Both the position numbers and the translations under genes were made by a program. A stretch of 64,000 bases of DNA from the NCBI GenBank assembly GCA_951804945.1, contig OX638153.1, forward strand, positions 48,856,001 through 48,920,000. The letters run 5' to 3'. Position 1 is the stretch's first letter; every line of letters starts with the position of its first letter. Of this stretch, positions 48,052-60,124 are shown piece after piece. The notes below the pieces were generated by a model. The model worked only from the letters and a program-made list of their open reading frames with translations. It searched no databases and was not told where the DNA came from. The DNA is from Podarcis cretensis (taxonomy: Eukaryota).

Positions 48052-49083
48052 ATGAATCTGGAGAATCTGACTTCCCAGAGCTTTCTTTCAGCAACCCACA
48101 GCAACACCAGCAATCTCTTCCTGGGGCTCCAGCTGGTTCAGTTCTTCAAGCCGCTTATCATCCCTTGCTACTCCCTTGTGGTTTTTGTGGGCATCATTGG
48201 GAATTACCTCCTCATCTACGTTATCTGCAAGACCAAAAAGATGCACAATGTCACCAACTTCCTGGTAGGCAACCTGGCCTTTTCGGACATGCTCATGTGT
48301 GCCACCTGCGTCCCCCTGACCCTGGCGTATGCCTTTGAGCCTCGAGGCTGGGTCTATGGGCACTTCATGTGCTACTTTGTGTTCCTGATGCAGCCGGTCA
48401 CGGTGTTTGTGTCTGTCTTCACCCTGACTGTCATTGCTGTGGACAGATACTACACCATGGTGTATCCCCTCCGCAGGAGGCTCACGATACCAATCTGCAC
48501 CTATATCCTGGCTGGCATTTGGCTGCTGAGCTGCATGCTGGCTGCCCCAGCCCTGCTGCGCACGTACTATGCCGAGTTTCCAGAGCTGGACTTCTCCATC
48601 TGCGAAGAATTTTGGTTTGACAGGAAGAGAGATCGCTTAGCTTATGCCTACAACACCCTCATTTTCACCTACGTCCTGCCCTTGGCAGTCATCTCTGTCT
48701 CCTACCTGAGGATATCTGTCAAGCTGAAAAACAGAGTTGTCCCTGGCAACGTCACCCAGAACCAAGCGGAGTGCGACCGAGCCCGGAGGAGGAAGACCTT
48801 TCGCCTGCTGGTCCTGGTGGTGGTTGCTTTCGGGGTTTGCTGGCTGCCTTTGCACATCTTTAATGTGATCAAGGACATCGATATCAAGCTGATAGACAAG
48901 AAGTATTTCAATCTCATCCAGCTGCTTTGCCACTGGTTTGCTATGATGTCTGCCTGCACAAATGCATTCCTTTATGCCTGGCTGCACGACAGCTTCAGGG
49001 GGGAGCTGAAGAAAATGTTCGCCTGGCCGAGGAAAAAAATAGGACCAGCCACCAATTGCATTGTGGCAAGCGTGGTGCTGTAA
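48052..49083 (+). CDS. PRLHR2: Prolactin-releasing peptide receptor-like paralogue (PRLHR2 type); 343 aa class A GPCR
   Basis: Same family motifs ([32 protein letters not shown]-terminal SVVL). [18 protein letters not shown] and [13 protein letters not shown] resemble the non-mammalian prlhr2 type; the symbol is tentative. The first in-frame ATG is 48052; the ORF track start at 47986 is a GTG. Confidence 0.9.
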   Translation: MNLENLTSQSFLSATHSNTSNLFLGLQLVQFFKPLIIPCYSLVVFVGIIGNYLLIYVICKTKKMHNVTNFLVGNLAFSDMLMCATCVPLTLAYAFEPRGWVYGHFMCYFVFLMQPVTVFVSVFTLTVIAVDRYYTMVYPLRRRLTIPICTYILAGIWLLSCMLAAPALLRTYYAEFPELDFSICEEFWFDRKRDRLAYAYNTLIFTYVLPLAVISVSYLRISVKLKNRVVPGNVTQNQAECDRARRRKTFRLLVLVVVAFGVCWLPLHIFNVIKDIDIKLIDKKYFNLIQLLCHWFAMMSACTNAFLYAWLHDSFRGELKKMFAWPRKKIGPATNCIVASVVL

Positions 49084-49334
49084 ATATGGGCTTTTCCCGG
49101 CTACTGTGGCCTCTTTCATGATAAATGTCGAAAGTTTCTCTTTGTACTGTAATTAACATGTGAGCATGTGCAAGGGGTATTGGATGCTAAGTTTAATGAA
49201 ACCCAAATGATGGCACCTAAAACTTGTAGCCAGAATTAATTATATGAATGAAGGCAAACAGCACACAATTTCTTTCCTATCGCAATATAGCTTGCTTTCA
49301 AGTACTGTTGCTGCTTTGCAAATGGTGGATTCCT

Positions 49335-49540
49335 TATTTATTTCTTTATTGCATATGCATCCCACTTTTCCTCAAGGCAGTGTACGGGGTTCTCATCATT
49401 TAATCCCCACAGCAACCCTGTGAAGTACATTAGGCTGAGAGGCAGTGGCTGGATCAGGGTCACCCAGTGAGCTTTGTGGCTGAGTGGGGATTTGAACCCT
49501 GGTCAAGCAGGTCCTTAGTCTGATACCACACACCACTGGC
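49335..49540 (-). mobile_element. Older tRNA-derived (MIR/core-like) SINE
   Basis: Minus-strand GGTTCAAATCC B box, ctgggtgacc core, A-rich tail. Confidence 0.7.
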
Positions 49541-49668
49541 TAGAATTGGAGTAGGGTAGGAAAGGAATGGAGAAAGAGTTGTGTGAGTTTTATTAAGCAG
49601 TGAGAGGAGGTCAAAGAGAAACACTGCAGTGAGGGAGAAGTGGAGAAGAACATAAGAAGAGCCTGTGT

Positions 49669-49925
49669 GAGAGCCAGTGTGGTGTAGTGGTTAAGAGCGG
49701 TGGGCTCGTAATCTGGTGAACCGGGTTCACGTCTCCGCTCCTCCACATGCAGCTGCTGGGTGACCTTGGGCTAGTCACACTTCTCTGAAGTATTTCAGCC
49801 CCACTCACCTCACAGAGTGTTTGTTGTAGGGGAGGAAGGGAAAGGAGAATGTTAGCTGCTTTGAGACTCCTTTGGGTAGTGATAAAGCGGGATATCAAAT
49901 CCAAAATCCTCTTCTCTTCTTCTTC
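49669..49925 (+). mobile_element. tRNA-derived SINE with (TTC)n tail
   Basis: A box TGGTGTAGTGG; degenerate B box; core gctgggtgaccttgggctagtcac. Confidence 0.8.
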
Positions 49926-49976
49926 CTGCTGGATCAGGCCAATGGCTTATGCAGTCCAGCATCCTGTTCTCACCGC

Positions 49977-50338
49977 CAGGGGCGTAGATAGCTGCTCTGG
50001 CACCTGGAGCAGCAGGGACGGGGCGTTCTGCTCATGGGGTGAGGTGATCCACCAATGGGGGTTGGGCGATCTGTCCACGGGGGTGCCATGGCAATCCGCC
50101 CAGGGGGGGTGCCGCAGAGAGCTGCCCACGGAGTCCGCCTGGTGAATGCAAGCCCCACACTGCCATTTTGAGCAGCGCGGGGCCCTGAGCCACCGTGTCA
50201 CTCCCAGGAGAGACACGTGGCTTGGGCGCACTGCAGGCCAGGCCCCGCAGTAAGTGCCACCCCCCACAGTGTGCGTTCCCCCTGAAGGAAGACACCTGGG
50301 GCAAACCACACACCCCGCACCCCCTTCCTACGCCCCTG
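49977..50338. mobile_element. hAT-type MITE
   Basis: TIR CAGGGGCGTAG...CTACGCCCCTG; 8-bp TSD CTCACCGC/CTCACCAC. Confidence 0.85.
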
Positions 50339-52689
50339 CTCACCACAGCCAACCAGTTGCCTCCAGAAAGCCCATAGGTCAGACCTGAGTTCAAAAGCTT
50401 TCTCTTCATGCTGTATATCTGCAGTATAATTTTATAATGATCTCAAAACATACGTATCTTTATACAGTTGTAAGCATTGTTGTAAGTATCTCGCTATGTG
50501 GTGGCTGTTTTAAGAAACATGAAGTGTATATGCAGATAACAGGCAGATAATATTAAACATATAAGAATGTGTACTATAGGCAAGCATTGCATCAGTGGGT
50601 GGGGTGGAGATAATTAATGAGAACAAAGCAGGCCTGGAGGAGAAAAGTTAACCCTTTTGTCCCCTGCCATGTTTCTCAGGAAAATGAGCTTTCTGAGGCT
50701 GGTATCTGTTTTTTGGGGGAGGGAGGATCCTTCCCAATGGTGCCACCCTAAGCCACAGTGCCCCTCCATTTCCCATCCATGTCCCATTTCCCAAACTTGA
50801 GAATTCAGTTCACATTACCTGATGATCATTTTCTCATTGTTACATGCGAAAAACAAACCTAGGCCGGGATATTTCCCCTTCTTTTTTGATCCAATGTTTT
50901 CGTCTGAAAAAGTTGGAAACATCATAATGCTAATGCATGAGACAGAGGGATATGTTTGTTTTAAAATGAAATCAAATAAAATGTTCATTGTTGCCAGGGC
51001 AGTTTTTTTTTTAATTCTGCACCAGGAAAAGTCAAATGAACAATGACTCTCCTCTTCCTCCCACTGTTAAGCATAACTTGTGAAACTGCTTCTAGATTGA
51101 CCTGCTTTGACAAAATGTGAGACCTTCTGGCTCTTGTACAGGCCTTTTCCTTACATCTGTACAACTCCAAACTGAGGTGACTTGGCATTTAGATATGAAG
51201 AGGGAGGCTGGGCTGTACCCTCTATTTCTACCACTTCAAGAGAAGTGGAGATAATTTGGACAATTTGGACAAAGCGGAGATACAGGAACAAGCTGAGATT
51301 GGCTTCTTTTGTTTGGGACACCCTCAGGAGATTCTCTTCCTCCAAACACACTCAAGGACCCCTGAAATCAATAAACCTCCCCAGCCCACTTTAATAATGT
51401 CAGGCGTTGGGTCTCTGGAAACATATTGTCCTTGCTATTTTCATTTTCTTAACAAAATAATGCCCTAGCATTTAAAAAATCTGTCTGCTACGTTGATGTA
51501 AGTTGCTTCAATTGGCTTAGTAAAGCGGGATGTAATTTCTTTTAAAATGAACAAACCATTCAGTAGAAAGGTCAGTGAAACATACTGTGCAGGGAAAGTG
51601 CCAGCATACAACACAAAGATGCCTTCTCTGCCCCCTAGCCTGGCAGATGCTGACCTTGCTCCACATTTCATCCCACCTGAATCAAGAGCCTATTGTCCTC
51701 CGGAGTGACAAGTAATTTGATAACTCTGATTCGTGATGATGGCCACCTTGAAAGCGAATTAAACTCCTCAAGGCTATTGTGGGGCCTGGGCAATTGAAGC
51801 CTCTGCCATTAAGCTTCATGTGTCCATTGATTGGGGCTTCAAATATGGGCTTTCATATTCTAAATGAGAAGTGGATCTAGTAGAAGAGTTTTTGATGCTT
51901 TATGAAAGTATACACTTTTTCACACTTCCAATTGGGGGGAAAAACCCCAGAAAGCCCTATTTATTTCCTCCATGTTCTGAGCCACTTCTCCCTGAGCCAT
52001 TTGATTCCTGCCTGAGTTTGGAACAAGCCAACCTCCCTCCTCCCTCCCCGGCTTACTATAATTTGCCATATGAAGCTACCTTTTGCAGAAACAGGATGTT
52101 CATCAGCCTTGCATGACAGCTGCCCAAAGAAACACATTAAGTAAACACAACCATGATGCCACAGGGACATCTGAAGTGGCAGCTGCTGAAAAGGGAATTT
52201 AGATGCAACGAGCATTTTTCCGAGCAGAGGCCTCAAAATTAAAATATTTTCTGCATTAATGAGTCAGTTGATTACAGTGCTTTATTGAGATAAATACCAA
52301 AAGAAGGATAGTCCATTTTTTTGTAACTGGACATTATGACTGAGAATTAATTGCCCAATGGCTGGAGTGGTTGCTACATCCATTGAAAAGATCAATGGGC
52401 AAAGCTCTTGGAGCAGGGAGAATGAACATGCAGGCACTTGAATTGTCTCAAGTGGTGGGTGTTGATGGTTTGTTTTGAAACATAGATCTCGAAAGACTCC
52501 TGAGTAGCATTTTAAGGCTGCAGTTCTTGCCTCCCTTACCTGGAAGTAAGCCCACTGAATTCAATACAACTTCTTATGGACCGGACTAAAACGGTTTGCT
52601 GCCTTTCTCTCTCTGAAAGGAAAAAAATGAATGTGATTGTTGAAAAGCCATCCTCGCTACAAATGCAAGCATCCAGTCCATTGACGGCA

Positions 52690-53670
52690 TAATAGACATG
52701 AATGAATGAAACTTTATTTGCGTCAGCCATCGGCCATAGCAACAAAAAAACATTGCGATATACACAGAATAAAAGAAAAAGTCACTTATATAAAACACAG
52801 TTTAAGGTTCTGAATCAGCAGTCAAATAGCGGACCTTATTCTGATTGCCCCAGCTAGAAACCTTGCAACCTTTGCAGTCATCTGCTCCTCTTGATCTGCC
52901 AGGAGAAACAACACTATGGCAGTGGTTGGGCGACCCAGAATGGTCAATAAAAGAGGCGTGATAATCTCGTTCCTCAGGTCTTTGTAGAGAGTGCACGCGA
53001 GGAGGGCATGAGCCACTGATTTGGTGCCGCCATCTCCACAGGGACATAAGCATTTTTCATAAGGAATCTGTTGGAATCAACCCTCAAGTACAGCCAACAT
53101 TCAGTCTTGCGAGGGTGAAGGCATGTCTATATTTTGGAATTGCTAGATTATACAGATAGGGTGGCAGAGAGTCAAAGTGGGAGGATGGAAAATGATCATA
53201 CCATGGGCAAAATTTCCTTATGGTGGCCAAGTTGGTCTGACACTCGATATCATTTAGGCGTTGGCAAATTAGACTGTTTGCTTTGCTGTAACCCATGGTG
53301 AGTAGCTGTTGTGGGGATAAATCACAAGAGTGTAGATTTTGATAGACAATTTTAGACCAGGCACTCTTATGACAGTCTTGTTGCACTAGGGATATTAGAC
53401 CGGGGGGATTTGAAGTTGAATGTCCTGCACCAGATCTGTATTTCTACAAAGGAGAGATTGGCCTCTAGGCTCAATGATGCATTTGGGACATAGGGTGGTA
53501 CAGAGAAAATTAGCCCGTGGATCCATGATAAGTGCCAGATGGATGTGAGGGTGATCTGGCTGCGACATCTGTCACCCCATTGATCACCAGAGTTGATTTG
53601 GCATAACTGACATAATCTGAAACACTCTTTCTGTATCCAGTTTTTCACCAGAAATAGTGTTTCCAAGAAA
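52690..53670 (-). mobile_element. Degraded LINE 3' portion (RTE-X-like) with C-terminal zinc knuckle
   Basis: Fragments KYRHAFTLARLNV and CPCGDG...VAHALLACTLYKDLR; AATAAA followed by (TTCA)n tail. Confidence 0.7.
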
Positions 53671-56141
53671 CCCTAACATGACTTTATTTTATATAAAGAT
53701 ATTATATAAAATGGTATAAAAGCAGTTTAACCAAACGGTTCTTGGGAAGCTGAAGGGTTGTGGGCTTTTCTTCCCTGTCGCCAGCCGATTGCAAGAAAAC
53801 TATGGATGTCAGGTATGAGAAACTACACAGAATTCAACCTTCCTGCTAGAGACAATGTATTGCATCCTACAGATGAAGAGGAATGAATAACCTCAAAGCT
53901 ATGAGTTGGACTGTCTATTGGAAAAAGGAAGGAGTCTATATGTGACAATGAGATCGCCCAGCACTCCTTCCACTTGCTTTCGTCAATAACTTTAACAAGC
54001 TAGCCAGGGGGTGTAGTAGGTGCAAGATTACAAATGAATCACATACACTGTATTCAGTGGGCCAACCATTACTTCGCAGTACACTGCTCCAAACTAGAGG
54101 TAACTTACAACACGTGCATTTAACTTGTGCACGTTCAGCTTTACACACCTGGCAATTTTATTATTAGTAGTATTAAAAGGGGGGCATTAAACCTAATGTG
54201 CGATTTTGACTTTACACACCATTCATGGAACATAACTCCAGCATAAGTTGAGAATCACCTGTATATATATACAAAAACTGAAACTAGCCAGATCTTCTTA
54301 CCTCCTTTTCCTTGCTTGGGTCACCCAGAACTGATTCCCCCTATGCAGACATTTCTAAATGACTTTAATTCCTGCTCACATTACAAGGGGCATTATCAGG
54401 AGGATCTGAGCCCCAAGTTATTATTATTTTTGCACTTTGTCCTGGATCTCCTGCCCTTACCCCCCCTTAAAAAAAAACACCTCTGGAATTTGACCTCAAT
54501 TTGCATCTAGGCATATAAATTAGCATATGAAAAAATGTGCTTTTTTTTTAAATTTCATAAAATTTACACACCACTTGATTGCAAGGGAGGGTCCCTCAAA
54601 GGAGTTTACAAAAAAGGATAAAAAAATGAAATTATCAGTAGAAGCAGCTAATAACCACTATTTAAAACATTAAAAAATTGTTTTATGGGTCTGTGAACCG
54701 AGTCTTCTAAGGGCCCAGCTAATGTCCCTGAAGCTGGCCAATGAAAAGCATAATTAAATCTGCACATTTGCTACAAGGGGCCAAGCCCACCTCTCATCTG
54801 CCATGCAAACAAGCAAGAGGCTTTGCCACACATTCCAGCCAGGCCAAAGCATCTAAGCAAGGCTAGTGATAGGTGAGGTCTTGGGAGAGTCTCAGGGGCT
54901 GAATAGAGAGGCTTAGGATGCCATATTTGAACCTGAGCCTTATGTTCCTCACTCCTGGTCTACAGGAAGGGAGGGAAATGAATGAGAAAAGGGAAGTGGG
55001 CCCACATCTTCCCAAAGTTTCTCCCAAACCTGCAGCCAACACTGTAACAAAACAATATTGTTCTCAATTCCCCTTTGCTTGCTCCACAGACAGACCTGCA
55101 GTTCATCCATTGTACTTGGCACGTCTGTATAAGATTTGCCACATATGCCTGAGCTTCCTCTGAATTATCGTTTCCTAGTTTCTCACAGACATCTTCTTTG
55201 TTCTTAATCATACCACCATTCCTCGGTGGCTTTGTCTGGGGGCATCAGAGTTTACCTTCTTGCCATGATATTTATCACAATCCTAGCAGGCTGAAGTGAC
55301 TTCCAGCTGAGAAGCCCTGCGCTCCTGAAGAGCAGATAGACTTCTGTAAATATGCTATGGATGGGTCCTCAGTTCAGGTGGAAATAAACTTCTCTCACAC
55401 AATCATGCTATGGTTATTTGACCCAATTTGTAGCCATGCAGAGAAGTTTGTATCTTCTCAGGGGTAAGCTTTTATTTCCAATTCACTCAAACCACAGGCT
55501 TCAAAAATGATGTCTTTCCATACAATTGCCCACAGATAACACTATTCTCTGGGATGGAATATTTACACTTCTGTGCCCCTCATAGAAGTCCTCTAGGAAG
55601 TTCAGCAATCGTGTCAGAACATGACTATATAGTCCAGCTCAGGAGCTCAGAACAAGCATGTTTTGCCCTCCAATAATTTTATAGAAGTCCATTCACAACC
55701 ACTTTAGAGTCCCCAAAAAAGCAAAAGTCAGTTTTTAAATCCTGAATATGACTGGCCTCTCAATCAAATCACTAGCAGAAAATATAATGAATCAAGTTGT
55801 ACATTATAGGAAGCATTGTGAAATCAGTGCTCAAATTACACAGACAATGTATGGCAGGGGTTGCTTTAATGAAATTTAAAAGTCCCACCCTGACTTCCCC
55901 TAAATTTAGTTATATATTACACCCCTTCACAAGCCTCCCCGAAGCAGTAGCTAAGGGAGCAGGCACAAAAGGGAGAGACCAGGCGATTGCTGCCCACAAC
56001 TGTAATTTGGGGTTTTGTGGGAAGCCTCCACATAAATGACAGGACTTTCTCAGAGTTTCTCAGACTTTCTCAGAGTCCACTTTCTCAGAAAAAAAGTTGG
56101 AGAATTCTCTGCAGTGGCATTTGAGATGATGTAAGGAACTG

Positions 56142-56450
56142 TGGGTGGCGCTGTGGTCTAAACCACTGAGCCTCGTGGGCTGCCGATGGGGTGAGCTCCA
56201 GTTGTTTGGTCCCAGCTCCTGCCAACCTAGCAGTTCGAAAGCACTCCAAAAAGTAAAAGCAGATAAATAGGTACTGCTCCAGCGGGAAGGTAAATGGTGT
56301 TTCCGTACGCTGCTCTGGTTTCGCCAGAAGCAGCTTAGTCATGCTGGCCACATGACCCAGAAAAAATGTCTGCAGACAAACGCTGGCAAGATGAGTGCCG
56401 CAACCCGAGTCGTTCGTGACTGGACTTAACTGTCAGGGGTCCTTTACCTT
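56142..56450 (+). mobile_element. Sauria SINE
   Basis: Same core and tail; TSD TAAGGAACTG at 56132-56141 and 56451-56460. Confidence 0.85.
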
Positions 56451-56534
56451 TAAGGAACTGCAGTTAGGGTTGCCATATTCCAAACAGGGAAATTCTGGAC
56501 AGAAAAGTTCTTGAGCTTTTGTGGGAAAATCGCA

Positions 56535-56572
56535 ACAAACAAACAAACAAACAAACAAACAAACAAACAAAC
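56535..56572. repeat. (AAAC)n microsatellite
   Basis: Directly visible. Confidence 0.95.
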
Positions 56573-57439
56573 CCCCAACTTGCCGCTTTTGAGCTATTTT
56601 TATGGCTAATCGGCAAAAATTACATTGCCAACATGGGATTTTCCCGGACATTTTTTAAACAATTTCCAGCCAGACACGGCTGCTGACTGCACTATTCCAA
56701 TATGCCCAGGAAATTGTGGACATATGGCAACCCTAGATATGGATGGCCATCTAGTCAATATTATCTACACTGATAGGCAGCGTCTCTCCAGTGGTTCAGA
56801 GAGGAATCACTCCTGCCTGGAGACACCAGCATTTAACCCGGGCTCTTTTGAGACTCTGCCACTGAGCTGTGGCCTTTTCCCAAGTGGAAGAGGAAAGGAA
56901 GAGCTCCCTGCTGCATGCATGGCTTCAGCACATTTATTACACCATTTTGGCATCAGGCTTCAATGCAGATTGGCTGAAGTGTCTTTTAGCTTCACTCTTC
57001 AAATAAGTGGGGAAAACAGCAGGATTGAGGGGGGGGGGGCATAACTCAGTTATGCACCATTTCCTACTTAAGATTCTGTTCATTCATACCTGACTCATCT
57101 CTGCTTCTTCACACGAGGCATTTTTTAATTAAATGGATGGAGATTTTAAAATTTATGACTGGTGCTTTATAGCAGCCTCCCCCAACAAGGTGCCCTCCAG
57201 ATGTTTTGTTTATAGCTCCCATCAGCCTCAGGCAGCTCTGTGGTTGAATTGATATTAGCCACTTATTATTTTGTCCTTATTCCAAGAATACTGAATGATA
57301 GAATCATAGTATTTTAGAGTTGGAGGTGACCCAAGTGTCATCTAATCCAACCCCCTGAAATGCAGGAATGATGCTGTGGTCTCTCTAGGGCTAAGTAGGA
57401 TTTGTAGAGACAAGTGCAAAAAACCAAACACATGCACCA

Positions 57440-57565
57440 ATTCATCATTATCATCATCATCACCACCACCACCATTATCAATACTCTGCCCATCTGGCTG
57501 GGTTGTCCCAGCCACTCTAGGCAGCTCCCAACACCTATAAAAACATAATAAAACATCAAACATTA
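57440..57565 (-). mobile_element. L2-type 3' tail fragment
   Basis: gcccatctggctgggttgtcccagccactctaggcagctccca matches the LINE stem-loop. Confidence 0.7.
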
Positions 57566-59340
57566 ATAGTAACAATCTGACCCAATATAAAAAGTCACAA
57601 TAACTTTAAAATAAACAACTCTTATCAAATAAAGCAATATTCAATTAAGCATCAGCATATAATAAACATTTACACTTATCAATTACAATAAAGAATGACT
57701 AATCTATAATCTGTTGAAATTGCAGTAGCCCGTGCACAGCGGAATGATGAGGAGTACGTGCCACATACTCTATATTACTTTATTTACACTTCAAAGCTGG
57801 TAGATTACAGAAAAACATCTTGCCTCTGCCGGAGCAGAGAAAGCATCCTCTCTCCTCTGAAGCACGGAGAGAACTGTGAGAACAGTGAAAAACAGGAAAC
57901 CAGTGTACGTCACATCCAGTCTCCTTTCCCGTGAGAAACTCCAACAGCAATTGACTGTGGAATGTAAACACCTGTCTCGTGACAAGCACTTTCGCTGCAC
58001 AGTGAAGGAAGCAGAAACCAACATAATCAATAATAATTCTTTATTCAATGACAAAGCCTAAACATTATCCTTATCCATTCACACTTACTCAAGTTGATTA
58101 CTCCAGCAGTCAACCTTGAGTGCAGCTGGTTGGAATTCAAGTGAGGTCAGAGTTTTGGTGACACCCAATCACTGCCTTGCCATTTTCCTTGTCAACCTCC
58201 AAAGTCCTAGGTACACAAGCCATTGGTTTATACCGTTGAGGTTTTTCTTGAACTCACGACTGAGAAGCTTTAATCGCAGAGCTGAGATCATTAGGTTAGT
58301 TTCACGGACTGTGAGTCTGTTTGTTCCAACATATGGTATTCTGAGATAAGTTGTTTCCAGCTTGCTGGTCCATTGAAACACATCAACCAGGCAGGATTCA
58401 CAGAAGCTCACCTGGAACACTTCTTCAGCTGTACAGGAGCTGCACTGATTTGCATTATTAGAACATATACTGAGTTACTGTAAGAGTCACCTTTGCTGCT
58501 CCACCCATATTGCATTGTGGCACCGCCCACTGCCATGAGGGTCTCCTGCCCCAGCTGTAGCCCCAATCCCTACTGGCTGTCAAGAGGCAGAGCCTGAGGC
58601 AAAGGGAGACTGCTTCTGCTGCTCTTCTCTGGTGTGCATGCATGGCGAGGAAAGGGTGTATAGCCAAGCACTATGTAGTTTACTGATGAGAAGTCCATGG
58701 GATGCTTTTGTAGGGAGAGGATTGGGGCCTCTAATGTCCAAAGTGGCTTCCACCAAAAATAAAGTAACATTTCACATTTCCCACAAACAGGTTCACTTTG
58801 CAAACAGCCTCAAACAGTTACAGTAGTTTATGAATACAGCTTTGATCCCTTTTTCCTTTTCAGGTACCATTTCATGGGTAAGATTTCAAGGATAAGAAGA
58901 ACTCAGCCACCCCCTTCTACGTATAATGGAGAGGGATCTGTCTCTTTTCCAACAATCGTTCCTCCAACCATCATAGTTAAGAGGTTCTTTTTCCAGCACT
59001 ATATGTGCTTTGGCTGCCACTTTGTGGCCATGAGTAGCAATTACATTGAGGAACTGGTTCTAAAGTAAAAAAAAAACAAACCTAAATACTAATACAACTT
59101 CACATGAAGATAAAATTATAAGGCTCAACAGTTTTTAGTGTGATATGTTGCACTTGCTGCAGAGTTAGCCTTTACTGTGCTTTCATGACCACAGACCTAT
59201 TTTTTAAAAATTGTCTTGGCTCAGTTTACATGTGCGGTGCTTCAGTACTTTGAGCATCTTCAAGCTATGGAGTTATGGAGAAAGGCTTTAACCAAGTTTT
59301 GTCCCTCTGATGTTATTGTTCCATGTATACAGAGCCAGTT

Positions 59341-60124
59341 CGAACTAATACCAGTGTACAGGAAGAAGCAAAGATCACCAGCGTTGAAACAATGATTCTT
59401 CAACATCAGCTTCGTTGGACTGATCATGTTGTGCAGATGCCTGATTATTGTCTTCCAAAGCAACTACAGTGGTACCTCTGGTTGTGGGTGGGATCTGTTC
59501 CGGAGCTCTGGTCAGATCCCAAGGTTTCTGCAACTGAAGGGACCACTTCTGCACATGCGTGTGGTGTGGTAGAGCGCTTCTGCACATGTACGCGCAGCAA
59601 AACCTGGAAAAATACTTCTGGGTTTGACGCCTTTGCATCCTGAAGGATACACAACCAGAGGTGTGCGTATCCAGATGTACCACTGTACTCTATTCCGAAC
59701 TTAAAAATAGAAAGCGTAATGCTGGTGGTCAGCACAAGAGGTTAAAAGACTGTCTCAAGGCAAATTTTTAAAAATGTAGTATAAACACCAACAATTGGGA
59801 AACACTTGTCTACAAGCGCTCCAATTGGAGAACAGCCTTTACCAAAGGTGTCATGGACTTTGAAGATGCTCGAACTCAGGATGCAAGGGAGAAACATGCT
59901 AAGAGGAAGGCACGCTTGGCAAATCCACACCGTGATCAACTCCTGCCTGGAAACCAATGTCCCCACTGTGGAAGGACGTGTGGATCCAGAATTGCCCCCC
60001 ACAGTCACTGACAGATTCATTGTTAAAACCGTGTTTATGGAAGGCAATCTTACTTGGCTACAAGTGCTAGAAGAAGAAGAAGAAGAAGAAGAAGAAGAAG
60101 AAGAAGAAGAAGAAGAAGAAGAAG
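59341..60124 (+). mobile_element. RTE-clade LINE 3' fragment with (GAA)n tail
   Basis: EEAKITSVETMILQHQLRWTDHVVQMPD..LPKQL, then GGQHKRLKDCLK, a C-terminal CPHCGR, and (GAA)n at ~60070-60124. Confidence 0.85.
59467..59685. mobile_element. Related Tigger-like MITE nested in an RTE LINE
   Basis: TA-CAGTGGTAC...GTACCACTG-TA; splits the LINE frame LPKQL|LYSEL. Confidence 0.85.

Noticed and set aside
49669-49750. tRNA gene
   Set aside because: SINE head with no complete cloverleaf; it continues into SINE body and tail.
56045-56090. TTTCTCAGA x4 as a STAT site cluster
   Set aside because: Only one unit fits TTCnnnGAA; likely slippage.
57780-58450. Possible RT relic or exons
   Set aside because: Only vague similarity, with stops in the candidate frames; cannot be supported without a search.
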